Of a stretch of DNA of 32,136 bases, positions 9,563 through 17,276 are shown one piece after another. A program made the translations under genes and the position numbers. The number at the start of each line of letters is the position of its first letter. Position 1 is the stretch's first letter. The notes under the pieces were generated by a model that worked only from the letters and a program-made list of their open reading frames with translations, ran no database searches and was not told the DNA's origin. The stretch spans positions 1 through 32,136 of the forward strand of contig JAQBFN010000028.1 in NCBI GenBank assembly GCA_032123335.1. The letters run 5' to 3'. The DNA is from Candidatus Micrarchaeota archaeon. Its GTDB lineage: Archaea > Micrarchaeota > Micrarchaeia > Anstonellales > Bilamarchaeaceae.

Positions 9563-10132
9563 TTATGATTTTACTTCCTTGTGCAAAACCTTTTCAGAAA
9601 CAAATCTCCCAATCTTGTAAGCCAATCCTTCTTCAATCCATTTCTGCATTAATTTGTCTTTTGTTTCCTCTGGAAGCCATCTTGCCCAGCGTGCTTCATC
9701 CAGTGCAGTTCCCAATAAATAATTCCTGAGGCGGACCCTGGCACCATTTTCAAGAAGGGCATCTATCGTTCTTGTGTCCATGCTTCTGCGGACCGCAAGC
9801 ATTAGCGGAGTAATGCCTATACCGTTTTTCGCATTGGGATCTGCCTTGTGATGAAGAAGGCACTCAACAGTTTGCACATCTCCCCATTCCGCAGCAAATA
9901 TAAGTGGGGTATCCCCGTATTTTCCCCGTTCATCAGGAGACACTTTATTCCCTTCAAGCAACTGCTCAATCTCCTTGATTTCTCTGTGTTTTACGGCATG
10001 AAAAAGCCCCTGTGTCTCTTTGGAATTAAAATATCTCTCTTTGGAAGTTAGGAGCATGCCCATTGGGGCCTTTCTTCTTGATTGCGCTACTGGGGAGTTG
10101 GAGGTAGCTGTATGCAGTGCCCTGGATTTCAT
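9563..10132 (-). CDS. Ankyrin-repeat protein
   Basis: GDTPLIFAAEWG..VECLL..ADPNAKN.GITPLMLAV and LLENGA..GTALDEA are consensus ankyrin repeats. Confidence 0.88.
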   Translation of the reverse strand: MKSRALHTATSNSPVAQSRRKAPMGMLLTSKERYFNSKETQGLFHAVKHREIKEIEQLLEGNKVSPDERGKYGDTPLIFAAEWGDVQTVECLLHHKADPNAKNGIGITPLMLAVRRSMDTRTIDALLENGARVRLRNYLLGTALDEARWARWLPEETKDKLMQKWIEEGLAYKIGRFVSEKVLHKEVKS

Positions 10133-10232
10133 TGGGAAATTTAAGCGCAGTAGGTATTTAAAAGGTGCCCTTTCTGGTATTTCAAGTAACTCGTTGCGCT
10201 CGCCTTTTTAACCCTACATCCGTTATCCACAC

Positions 10233-11069
10233 ATGCCCGCAAAGGTGCGCTTCGGCTCCGCAGGAATCCCCATCCAGTGCAAGGGAGGCAGCTTGGAGGC
10301 AATAGAATGCTCACATAATTTGGGCCTGGGCGCAATGGAACTCGAATTCGTAAGAGGCGTAAAACTAAAGGAGGAAAATGCAAAAAAGCTCAAGCCCGCA
10401 TCCAAAAAATTCGATGTACGGCTCTCAGCCCACGCCCCGTACTGGGTAAACTGCTGCGCCACAGACAAAATAAAACAGGAAACAACCAAGCGCAACCTTT
10501 TCCTCTCAGCCCAAGCGTGCACCTGGGCCGGAGCCCGCGTTTCCGTATTCCACCCGGGCTACTACCAGGGAAAAACCCCCAGGGAATGCTTCACCCTCAC
10601 AAAGGACTTATTCAAAAAGCTCAAAACCCATATGGACAAACACAAAGTAAAAGGAGTAAAAATGGGCGCAGAAACCGTAGGGAAAAAATCCCAGTACGGC
10701 TCGCTGGACGAATGCATCGAACTCCACAACAAAATACCAGAAATAATGATTGTGATCGATTTTGCCCACCTGCTCGCAAGGGGGGACCGGCCCTGCAAAA
10801 CCGAATCCGATTACTCCAAGCTCTTCGCGCACATAGAAAAACAAATCCCGGGATACATGAAGGATTTCCATGCACACTTCTCCTGCATAAACTACTCGGA
10901 AAAAGGGGAAAGGAACCATCTCCCCTTAGAGGGAAAAAACCAGCCCCCCTACAAACCACTCATGAAGGTTTTAGCAGAAAACGGATACGGAGGCGTAATA
11001 ATTTCCGAATCTCCAAAGCTGGAAATAGATGCGCTCAAAATGCAGAAAGAGTACCTTAAGCATCTTTAG
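10233..11069 (+). CDS. nfo: Endonuclease IV / AP endonuclease family 2 (archaeal type)
   Basis: MELEFVRGV, LSAHAPYWVN, FHPGYY, ETVGKKSQYGSLDE, IDFAHLLAR, HAHFS, GERNH and IISESP. Confidence 0.88.
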   Translation: MPAKVRFGSAGIPIQCKGGSLEAIECSHNLGLGAMELEFVRGVKLKEENAKKLKPASKKFDVRLSAHAPYWVNCCATDKIKQETTKRNLFLSAQACTWAGARVSVFHPGYYQGKTPRECFTLTKDLFKKLKTHMDKHKVKGVKMGAETVGKKSQYGSLDECIELHNKIPEIMIVIDFAHLLARGDRPCKTESDYSKLFAHIEKQIPGYMKDFHAHFSCINYSEKGERNHLPLEGKNQPPYKPLMKVLAENGYGGVIISESPKLEIDALKMQKEYLKHL

Positions 11070-11920
11070 GCGCGCGCAACTCTTCTTTCAATCTTTCCAG
11101 GCTGTACCGAAACAGGACTTTTAGAATGCACAGCCCCCCGCATCTTTCCCTGCGGCTTCATGAGGTCCCTGAGGTTTTCCATATGTGAAATTTCTGCTTT
11201 TGATTCCCTTAGGACTATCGCCGCTTTCAGTTGCTCCCACACGCCCTGGAACTCCTTCCCATGCCCCATCTTGCGCAGGAGCTCCAAGAAGATTTCGTCC
11301 CTTATCTTCGGCGGATTTCCATCCCTGTGGATAACCGAAGCAAGAATCTCGACCGCATCAGCTGTCTTCCCATTCTGCACCGAGCTTAGCGCAACTTCCC
11401 GGAAGAACGTATCGTTTTTCCTTCCAGAGTACTTTTCAGCTTCCTCCCTAAGGCGCGGCAGGATGGTTCCGAATCCACAAAACTCCTCCACATGAAAAAG
11501 CACTGCGCTCTTTCCGCGCTCCATTACGGAGGAAAGCGTATTTACTCCGTTTTCATAATCCCCCATGTTGAGCATGCTGACCCCCGAATCTATAAAGAAG
11601 AAATCATTTACCCCGCCGTTGTCATTTTCAGCGGCATTCCGGATTTTCTGCAAAAGCCCGGCATCAGCACAACCTCCCTTGAGATATTTATTGAAAAGAA
11701 TCTGGCAATCAATCCTGGTCCGGTTCCATCTGCTGTGTAATGCAGCTTCAAGTATTTCATTCCATACAGGAAGGGACTCAGCCCCATAATCCCTGACTGT
11801 TTTGAAAACGGTGCGGATTGCAGCAGTATGTATCCAGTTGCCATCGTTGCCGAGGCCTAATAATTCCCGAAGTTTTCCTAAGTTTACTGGAGGTCGCCCA
11901 GCAGTGCCCAAAATACTCAT
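11066..11920 (-). CDS. Hypothetical helical protein (orphan)
   Basis: 284-aa ORF filling the gap, convergent with nfo, with an AT-rich putative promoter upstream. No motif recognised. Confidence 0.6.
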   Translation of the reverse strand: MSILGTAGRPPVNLGKLRELLGLGNDGNWIHTAAIRTVFKTVRDYGAESLPVWNEILEAALHSRWNRTRIDCQILFNKYLKGGCADAGLLQKIRNAAENDNGGVNDFFFIDSGVSMLNMGDYENGVNTLSSVMERGKSAVLFHVEEFCGFGTILPRLREEAEKYSGRKNDTFFREVALSSVQNGKTADAVEILASVIHRDGNPPKIRDEIFLELLRKMGHGKEFQGVWEQLKAAIVLRESKAEISHMENLRDLMKPQGKMRGAVHSKSPVSVQPGKIERRVARA

Positions 11921-12013
11921 CTGGACAAGCTGTTCTCAGCAAATGTTTTTTAATTTATCCCAGGTTTTTGGCACCGGGCGCGCATTTTTATTACTTATAC
12001 GTGTTCTATTTGC

Positions 12014-13729
12014 ATGCGTTTCAGGGAGGTCGCAGAGGCATTCAACGAAATTGAAAAGCGCAGCGGACGCCTTGAAATGACCAACCTCCTTGCAAGAATT
12101 TTTGAAAAGTCCACACCCGAAGAGGCAGAGCGAATCGCTTACATAATCCAGGGCGAGCTCCGCCCCCCATACGAAGGCATTGATCTGGGAATGGGGGAAA
12201 AATTCGTGCTGGAAGCAATCCGAAAAGCTTCCGGATACCCAAAAAATGAGGTGGAACGCGAATTCGAAAAAGAAGGAGACCTGGGTTTGGTTGCAGAAAA
12301 GCTCTTTGGAAAAAAGAGGCAGCAGTCCCTTTTCCAGACATCCCTCAGTGTGCTTTCCGTATACAATTCAATGTTCAAAATCTCCAAGGCAACAGGCTCA
12401 GGTTCGCAAACCATGAAAATCAATCGTCTTGTGGAACTCTACAACAACGCAACCCCTCTGGAAACAAAATACATAACAAGATTTGTGCTCGGCCAACTCC
12501 GCCTTGGGGTAGGCGACCCAACAATCCTGGACGCACTAAGCGTTTCCCATGAAGGGGATAAATCCTGGAGGGAACCCATTGAGCGCGCATACAACCTCTC
12601 CTCAGACATCGGCTACGTTGCCCGCATTTTCCTGGAAGACCCATCCAAAATCAAGAAGTTCAAGATTGAAGTTTTCAAGCCAATCATGCCTGCAATGGCA
12701 GAGCGCCTTTCAACCCCCAAGGAGATACTTGCAAAACTCGGGAAATGCGCAGTTGAATACAAATACGATGGTTTTCGCATCGCAATCCACAAGAAAGGGA
12801 ACCGCGTTGAAATCTATTCAAGAAGATTGGAAAAAATGACACATATGTTTCCGGACGTAGTACAAGCAGTCCAAAAACTCAAGCCCAAGGAAGCAATATT
12901 CGAAGGTGAGGCCCTTGCATACAATGAAGAGGATAAGCGCTTCTACTCATTCCAGGAAACCATGCACCGCAGGCGCAAATACGGCCTGGACAAAGCCGCA
13001 AGCAAATACCCACTTTACGTATTCGCATTTGATTTGCACTATTTAGATGGGGAAGACTGCACCACCCGTCCATATTTAGAGCGCAGGAAAAAGCTGGAAT
13101 CTTTCATCTCCCAGAAGGGAACAATCAAGCCCAGCAAAATGCGCATCGTAAAAACAGAAAAGGAAATCGACTCCCTTTTCCAGGCTGCACTCAGCATGAA
13201 GCTCGAAGGGATAATGGCCAAGGACCTCAAAGCCCCTTATACCGCAGGAAAAAGGAAATTCGCATGGATCAAGCTCAAGAAATCCTATGGAAAGGAGATG
13301 GACACCATTGATGCAGTAATAGTAGGCTATTACCGCGGAAAGGGTTCCCGCGCCAAATTTGGCTTTGGAGGAATACTGGTAGCAGTGTACAACGATGAGA
13401 GCACCAGGTTCGAAACAATCGCAAAAGTAGGAAGCGGCTTCACTGAAGACGAAATGAGCAAATTCCAGAAAATGCTGGAGGAAGATAAAGTGAAGCGCCC
13501 CCCAGTCAATTTAGATTATGAAATGGAGCCGGATTTCTGGGTCCACCCCAGGCACGTTGTAGAAGTTGCATATGATAATATAACCCGCTCTCCAACCCAC
13601 ACCTGCGGAAGGGAAAAAGGCAAGGGTTTAGCACTCCGTTTCCCGCGCATGATCCGCATAAGGGACGATAAAGGCCCGTTCAATGCAACCACCACCAAAG
13701 AAGTAGAAGAAATGCACAAATTCTCTTAG
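12014..13729 (+). CDS. lig: ATP-dependent DNA ligase
   Basis: Motif I EYKYDGFR, plus FEGE, FAFDL, EGIMAK, WIKLK and ALRFPR..IRDDK. Confidence 0.97.
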   Translation: MRFREVAEAFNEIEKRSGRLEMTNLLARIFEKSTPEEAERIAYIIQGELRPPYEGIDLGMGEKFVLEAIRKASGYPKNEVEREFEKEGDLGLVAEKLFGKKRQQSLFQTSLSVLSVYNSMFKISKATGSGSQTMKINRLVELYNNATPLETKYITRFVLGQLRLGVGDPTILDALSVSHEGDKSWREPIERAYNLSSDIGYVARIFLEDPSKIKKFKIEVFKPIMPAMAERLSTPKEILAKLGKCAVEYKYDGFRIAIHKKGNRVEIYSRRLEKMTHMFPDVVQAVQKLKPKEAIFEGEALAYNEEDKRFYSFQETMHRRRKYGLDKAASKYPLYVFAFDLHYLDGEDCTTRPYLERRKKLESFISQKGTIKPSKMRIVKTEKEIDSLFQAALSMKLEGIMAKDLKAPYTAGKRKFAWIKLKKSYGKEMDTIDAVIVGYYRGKGSRAKFGFGGILVAVYNDESTRFETIAKVGSGFTEDEMSKFQKMLEEDKVKRPPVNLDYEMEPDFWVHPRHVVEVAYDNITRSPTHTCGREKGKGLALRFPRMIRIRDDKGPFNATTTKEVEEMHKFS

Positions 13730-13863
13730 TGCTTAAACTAATCTTATTTAAGCATTACTCCCCATAAATACTCACGGTTTGCGCGGGCGCTCAAAGAGAG
13801 CCCACACTTTAAATAATGCTTTTCTTGTTTTTAATTTTTTTATCTTTTTAGCATCTGTTAGTA

Positions 13864-13958
13864 AAAATGAGGAGGGGATGCACCGAAGTGCAGAGCCCTA
13901 CTATGTCGCCTGCCTCACCTCCCACTTCGACCAGAAGTGGGTTGTCGCGTTGCCAACC
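13864..13958 (-). ncRNA. Putative structured RNA or terminator downstream of vapC
   Basis: Minus-strand hairpins GGTTG/CAACC and CCCACTTC/GAAGTGGG, then TGAGG..AGGG..TGCAC-TTCG-GTGCA..CCCT-CCTCA followed by TTTTT. Confidence 0.4.
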
Positions 13959-13971
13959 GATTTAATGAGCT

Positions 13972-14352
13972 TTATACGAATTGCAGCTCCTTGATTCCTT
14001 CATATGGCTGCCTTTTTCCCGTCAATAGCAGCGCTTTATTGGAAATGCACACTGATGCAATCACCAGCTCCCTCATTCCGAGCTTCAAGTGCCCCTCGAT
14101 TGCGTGTTTATACATTTTGGAAGCCTGCACCGCAGCTTTGCGGTCAAAGTCCAGCATTTCCATTTTTTCCACGATGTTTATGACTTCCCAACGGGGAGAG
14201 CCCTGTATCACCGTCAATAGCTCAAAGTAGGAAAGTGAAGTGATGCAGAGCTTGTCTGCCTGCGAATACTGCTTGATTTTCTGGACCGTTTTCATCTCGC
14301 CCTTGAAAAAATCAAGGACAACGTCGGTATCCATGCAAACCTTAGTCGCCAC
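13972..14352 (-). CDS. vapC: PIN-domain protein (VapC-like), partly degenerate active site
   Basis: GTG at 14352 follows SD GAGGTG. CMDTDVVLDF, ITSLSYFELL, LDFDRKAA and ELVIASVCI..LLT give the PIN-fold pattern. Confidence 0.82.
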   Translation of the reverse strand: MATKVCMDTDVVLDFFKGEMKTVQKIKQYSQADKLCITSLSYFELLTVIQGSPRWEVINIVEKMEMLDFDRKAAVQASKMYKHAIEGHLKLGMRELVIASVCISNKALLLTGKRQPYEGIKELQFV

Positions 14353-14513
14353 TTCCCCACCTCTCCGAACCGCGGAGGGGGACACCCCCTCCCTCTGAGA
14401 AACCTCCGGTTTCTTCTCGTGAGCAAAGCTCACGACAGTTTGAGGGTCCTCCTGACCCTCCCCCGGAGATATGAGGATAATACTTCATGGAATCAATCCC
14501 CACTTCCCCACCT
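14342..14513. repeat. 21-bp imperfect direct repeat (14342-14362 and 14493-14513; exact 14-bp core CCACTTCCCCACCT) flanking a multi-hairpin insert
   Basis: TTAGTCGCCACTTCCCCACCT vs TCAATCCCCACTTCCCCACCT, 18/21 identical, 151-bp spacing. Four internal hairpins are closed by TCTCCG/CGGAGA. Confidence 0.85.
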
Positions 14514-14708
14514 TTTTAGGCGATACAATGCACGCCTATCGATATCTATCTCCTTGAGCTTTCCTGCATGGTCAAGCAATCCTTCCCGTGTGAGTTTGCT
14601 CTCGTTAAGAAGCAGGTCTATGGCCTCTGAAAAGCTCATTGCATGCCTCTTTTTGAGTGTGCTCAGGCGGTCATATACATCATCGCGTATGGTGATCACC
14701 TTAACCAT
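14493..14708 (-). CDS. vapB: VapB-type antitoxin (archaeal DUF217-like)
   Basis: MVKVITIRDDVYDRLSTLKK..MSFSEAIDLLL matches this antitoxin family; 71 aa, upstream of the PIN gene. Confidence 0.82.
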   Translation of the reverse strand: MVKVITIRDDVYDRLSTLKKRHAMSFSEAIDLLLNESKLTREGLLDHAGKLKEIDIDRRALYRLKRWGSGD

Positions 14709-14709
14709 G

Positions 14710-14737
14710 TAAATACATGCAGTGCATACATTTATAT
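14710..14737 (-). promoter_or_regulatory. TATA box and imperfect palindromic operator of vapBC (likely leaderless transcript)
   Basis: Minus-strand TATAAA about 24 nt before the vapB ATG. Inverted repeat TAAAT-ac-ATGCA-g-TGCAT-ac-ATTTA at 14710-14734. Confidence 0.5.
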
Positions 14738-14863
14738 GCTTTCCGACGTTGCGTTTCTGCACCTGTTTACTTCACTCTAAGTTTGTGTAACTCCCATACC
14801 GACGTAAATCTCAAAGTATTTAAACAATCGTCCCCCGATTCTACAGTACTAAGAGGCGAATGT

Positions 14864-15943
14864 ATGGACGACCTAGTAAAATCTGTAGTTGGAGAAAGGG
14901 CTCCCGAACCATCAACAGCTGATGATTCGGAGAGTTCGGAGACAATTAAAATTGTCACCGTCGGTGTAGGTGGTGCAGGAAACAACACCATCAACAGGCT
15001 CGTAAAATCTGGAGTGAAAGGCAGCCAGCTTGTCGCAATTAATACGGACAAGCAGCACCTCAAGCAGGTACACGAGAAAGCATCAAAAGTGCTCATTGGA
15101 AGAAGCATTACCAAGGGCCTCGGTGCAGGTGGTTACCCAGACCTCGGTGCAAAATCCGCAGAGGTTGACCGCCCGCTCATTGAAAGAGAGCTCGAAGGCG
15201 CACACCTCGTATTTATCTGCGCTGGTATGGGAGGAGGAACAGGAGGCGGAGCAGCCCCTATCGTTGCACAAATCGCAAAGGAGCAGGGAGCAATTACCGT
15301 GGCCATGGTCACCTACCCGTTCGCTTTGGAGAGGGCAAGGAGGAAGAAGGCAGACGAGTCTATCGCAAAGCTCAGGCAGAACTGCGACTCTGTAATTATC
15401 GTAGACAACAACCGCCTTGTGCAGTTGGTCCCGAACCTCCCGATGTCCGAAGCATTTGCAGTTGCGGACGAGGTTCTTGCAAGGGCAATCAGCGGCCTTG
15501 TATGGACAATTACCCAGCCATCACTCATCAACATTGACTTCGCGGATGTCCGTGCAATCATGCAGGGCGGAGGCGTAGGATTCATCGCAGTTGGTGAAGG
15601 AAAGGGAACTGACAAGGTTACCAGCTCTGCAGAAGCAGTAGTGAAGAACAGGCTCCTGGATGTAGACTTTGAAGGCGCAAAGGGTGCAATCATCCACATT
15701 TCCGGTGGAAGCGACCTCAGCCTCGGAGACGCAATCAAGGCAGGAGAAATCATCACTGAAAGGATGGATGCAGAAGCCAACGTTAAATGGGGAGCCCGCA
15801 TTATGCAGAACTATGAGGGCAAGCTAGAAATCGTTGCAATCGTAACCGGAGTGAAAGGCGCTTCTATCCTTGGAAGGGACTATGAGAACGAGGAAGAATC
15901 CGCATTGCCTTCATTCTCAAGCGACCTTGAAATGCTTGGCTGA
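14864..15943 (+). CDS. ftsZ: Cell-division protein FtsZ (FtsZ2-like), copy A
   Basis: VGVGGAGNN, signature GMGGGTGGG, YPFALERAR, DNNRL and T7 loop INIDFAD. ATG at 14864 follows GAGG. Confidence 0.95.
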   Translation: MDDLVKSVVGERAPEPSTADDSESSETIKIVTVGVGGAGNNTINRLVKSGVKGSQLVAINTDKQHLKQVHEKASKVLIGRSITKGLGAGGYPDLGAKSAEVDRPLIERELEGAHLVFICAGMGGGTGGGAAPIVAQIAKEQGAITVAMVTYPFALERARRKKADESIAKLRQNCDSVIIVDNNRLVQLVPNLPMSEAFAVADEVLARAISGLVWTITQPSLINIDFADVRAIMQGGGVGFIAVGEGKGTDKVTSSAEAVVKNRLLDVDFEGAKGAIIHISGGSDLSLGDAIKAGEIITERMDAEANVKWGARIMQNYEGKLEIVAIVTGVKGASILGRDYENEEESALPSFSSDLEMLG

Positions 15944-15967
15944 ACGCGCCTGCGTTCATAAAAAAGT

Positions 15968-16020
15968 CCCGTTTTCTTCGGAAAGCGGGCAAACCCTTTT
16001 ATTTCTTCTTTTCTATTTCT
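15968..16020 (+). terminator. UUCG-capped hairpin with T-rich tract after the first ftsZ
   Basis: CCCGTTTTC-TTCG-GAAAGCGGG followed by CCCTTTTATTTCTTCTTTTCT. Confidence 0.5.
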
Positions 16021-16036
16021 CTACTGGTGACCATAG

Positions 16037-17212
16037 ATGCTTGACGGAATAGTTAAAGATGTGATTTCTGAAAGAGAGACTCAGAAAAAAGAAGATATAG
16101 TTCCTGTTTTCGAAGAGAAATCTGCAGAAAACGCAGAAAATTCTCTAGAAGAAATTTCTCTTCCAATTGAAGAAAAACCAAAGGAAGTTATAGAAGAGCC
16201 AAAAGAAATTGAAGAAAATTCCTCAATCCGAATCAAGGTTATTGGTGTGGGTGGAGCCGGATGCAACAGCGTAAGCAGAATCACAAAGCAGGGAATCAAG
16301 AGCGCAAAAACCCTCGCAGTAAACACGGACAGGCTCCACCTGGGCGTAATTGAAGCGCATGAAAAGCACCTCCTGGGCAGAACGGTTACCAAGGGCCTGG
16401 GAAGCGGAGGGGACCCCTCAGTTGCGGCAAAGGCAGCAGATGCAGACAGGGCAACCCTCAGAAAACTAATCGGGGAAAACGAAATCGTATTCGTATGCGC
16501 TGGTATGGGAGGAGGAACCGGAACCGGTGCCTCCCCATTAATTGCGCAGCTTGCAAGGGAGCAGGGCGCCACTGTAATCGGTGTAGTTACCTATCCGTTC
16601 AGGATTGAGCGCTCAAGGCTCCACCGCGCAAGGGATGGGCTGAAAGAGCTAATGAAGCACGCGGACACCGTAATCGTAATTGAGAATGACCGCCTTCTTT
16701 CCTATGCCCCAAATCTCCCAATCGACAAAGCATTTGCACTTGCAGATGAGATTGCCTCAAGGGCAGTCCGCGGAATTTCCGACCTCGTAGTCCTCCCAAG
16801 CATGATGAATGTGGACTACGCAGATGTAAGGGCAATCATGAAGGACGGTGGAATCGCAATGATCTCCATCGGGAAGGCTTCAGGAACCGGGCCAGGAATG
16901 GTTGAAAACTTAGTAAACAGCACAAGGAACAACCCTCTCCTGGAGGTTAATTATGAAGGCGCAAAGGGTGCACTCATCCATGTCGCAGGCGCAGGCGGCC
17001 TCACACTGGGCGATGCAACCCAGATCTGCATGGGCATTTCCAATGATTTCCATGAGGATGCGGAAGTGAAGATGGGTGCAAGAATCGATGAAGGCCTCAC
17101 AAATGCGATAGAAGTAACCGCAGTAATCACAGGAGTGAAAGCCCCCCACCTTTTCGAGGACCAGAAACCGCAGGAGGAGATGCAGGGCGAAATGCTCAGC
17201 TCCATCCTCTAG
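16037..17212 (+). CDS. ftsZ: Cell-division protein FtsZ (FtsZ2-like), copy B with acidic N-terminal extension
   Basis: IGVGGAGCN, GMGGGTGTG, YPFRIERSR, ENDRL and NVDYAD; SD GGTGA before the ATG. Confidence 0.93.
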   Translation: MLDGIVKDVISERETQKKEDIVPVFEEKSAENAENSLEEISLPIEEKPKEVIEEPKEIEENSSIRIKVIGVGGAGCNSVSRITKQGIKSAKTLAVNTDRLHLGVIEAHEKHLLGRTVTKGLGSGGDPSVAAKAADADRATLRKLIGENEIVFVCAGMGGGTGTGASPLIAQLAREQGATVIGVVTYPFRIERSRLHRARDGLKELMKHADTVIVIENDRLLSYAPNLPIDKAFALADEIASRAVRGISDLVVLPSMMNVDYADVRAIMKDGGIAMISIGKASGTGPGMVENLVNSTRNNPLLEVNYEGAKGALIHVAGAGGLTLGDATQICMGISNDFHEDAEVKMGARIDEGLTNAIEVTAVITGVKAPHLFEDQKPQEEMQGEMLSSIL

Positions 17213-17276
17213 TCCTGCCCCCTTTTAAATTTTTTCAATTATTACCTTTCTAATTCTATTCGATGTGGGTGCATCT

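Noticed and set aside
13776..13810. Small hairpin GGGC-GCTC-AAA-GAG-AGCCC after lig
   Set aside because: Too short to distinguish from a terminator or chance.
13867..13965. Short + strand ORF (MRRGCTEVQSPT...) or a known self-cleaving ribozyme
   Set aside because: The peptide has no coding hallmarks, and hammerhead, twister, pistol and HDV core motifs could not be fitted by eye.
14353..14433. 27-aa N-terminal extension of VapC in the ORF track
   Set aside because: It runs through the hairpin insert. The PIN fold begins at GTG 14352, which has a good SD.
14363..14492. BHB-type mRNA intron in vapBC
   Set aside because: I could not find a convincing 3-4-3 bulge-helix-bulge at the insert boundaries on the mRNA strand, so it is reported as an insert rather than an intron.
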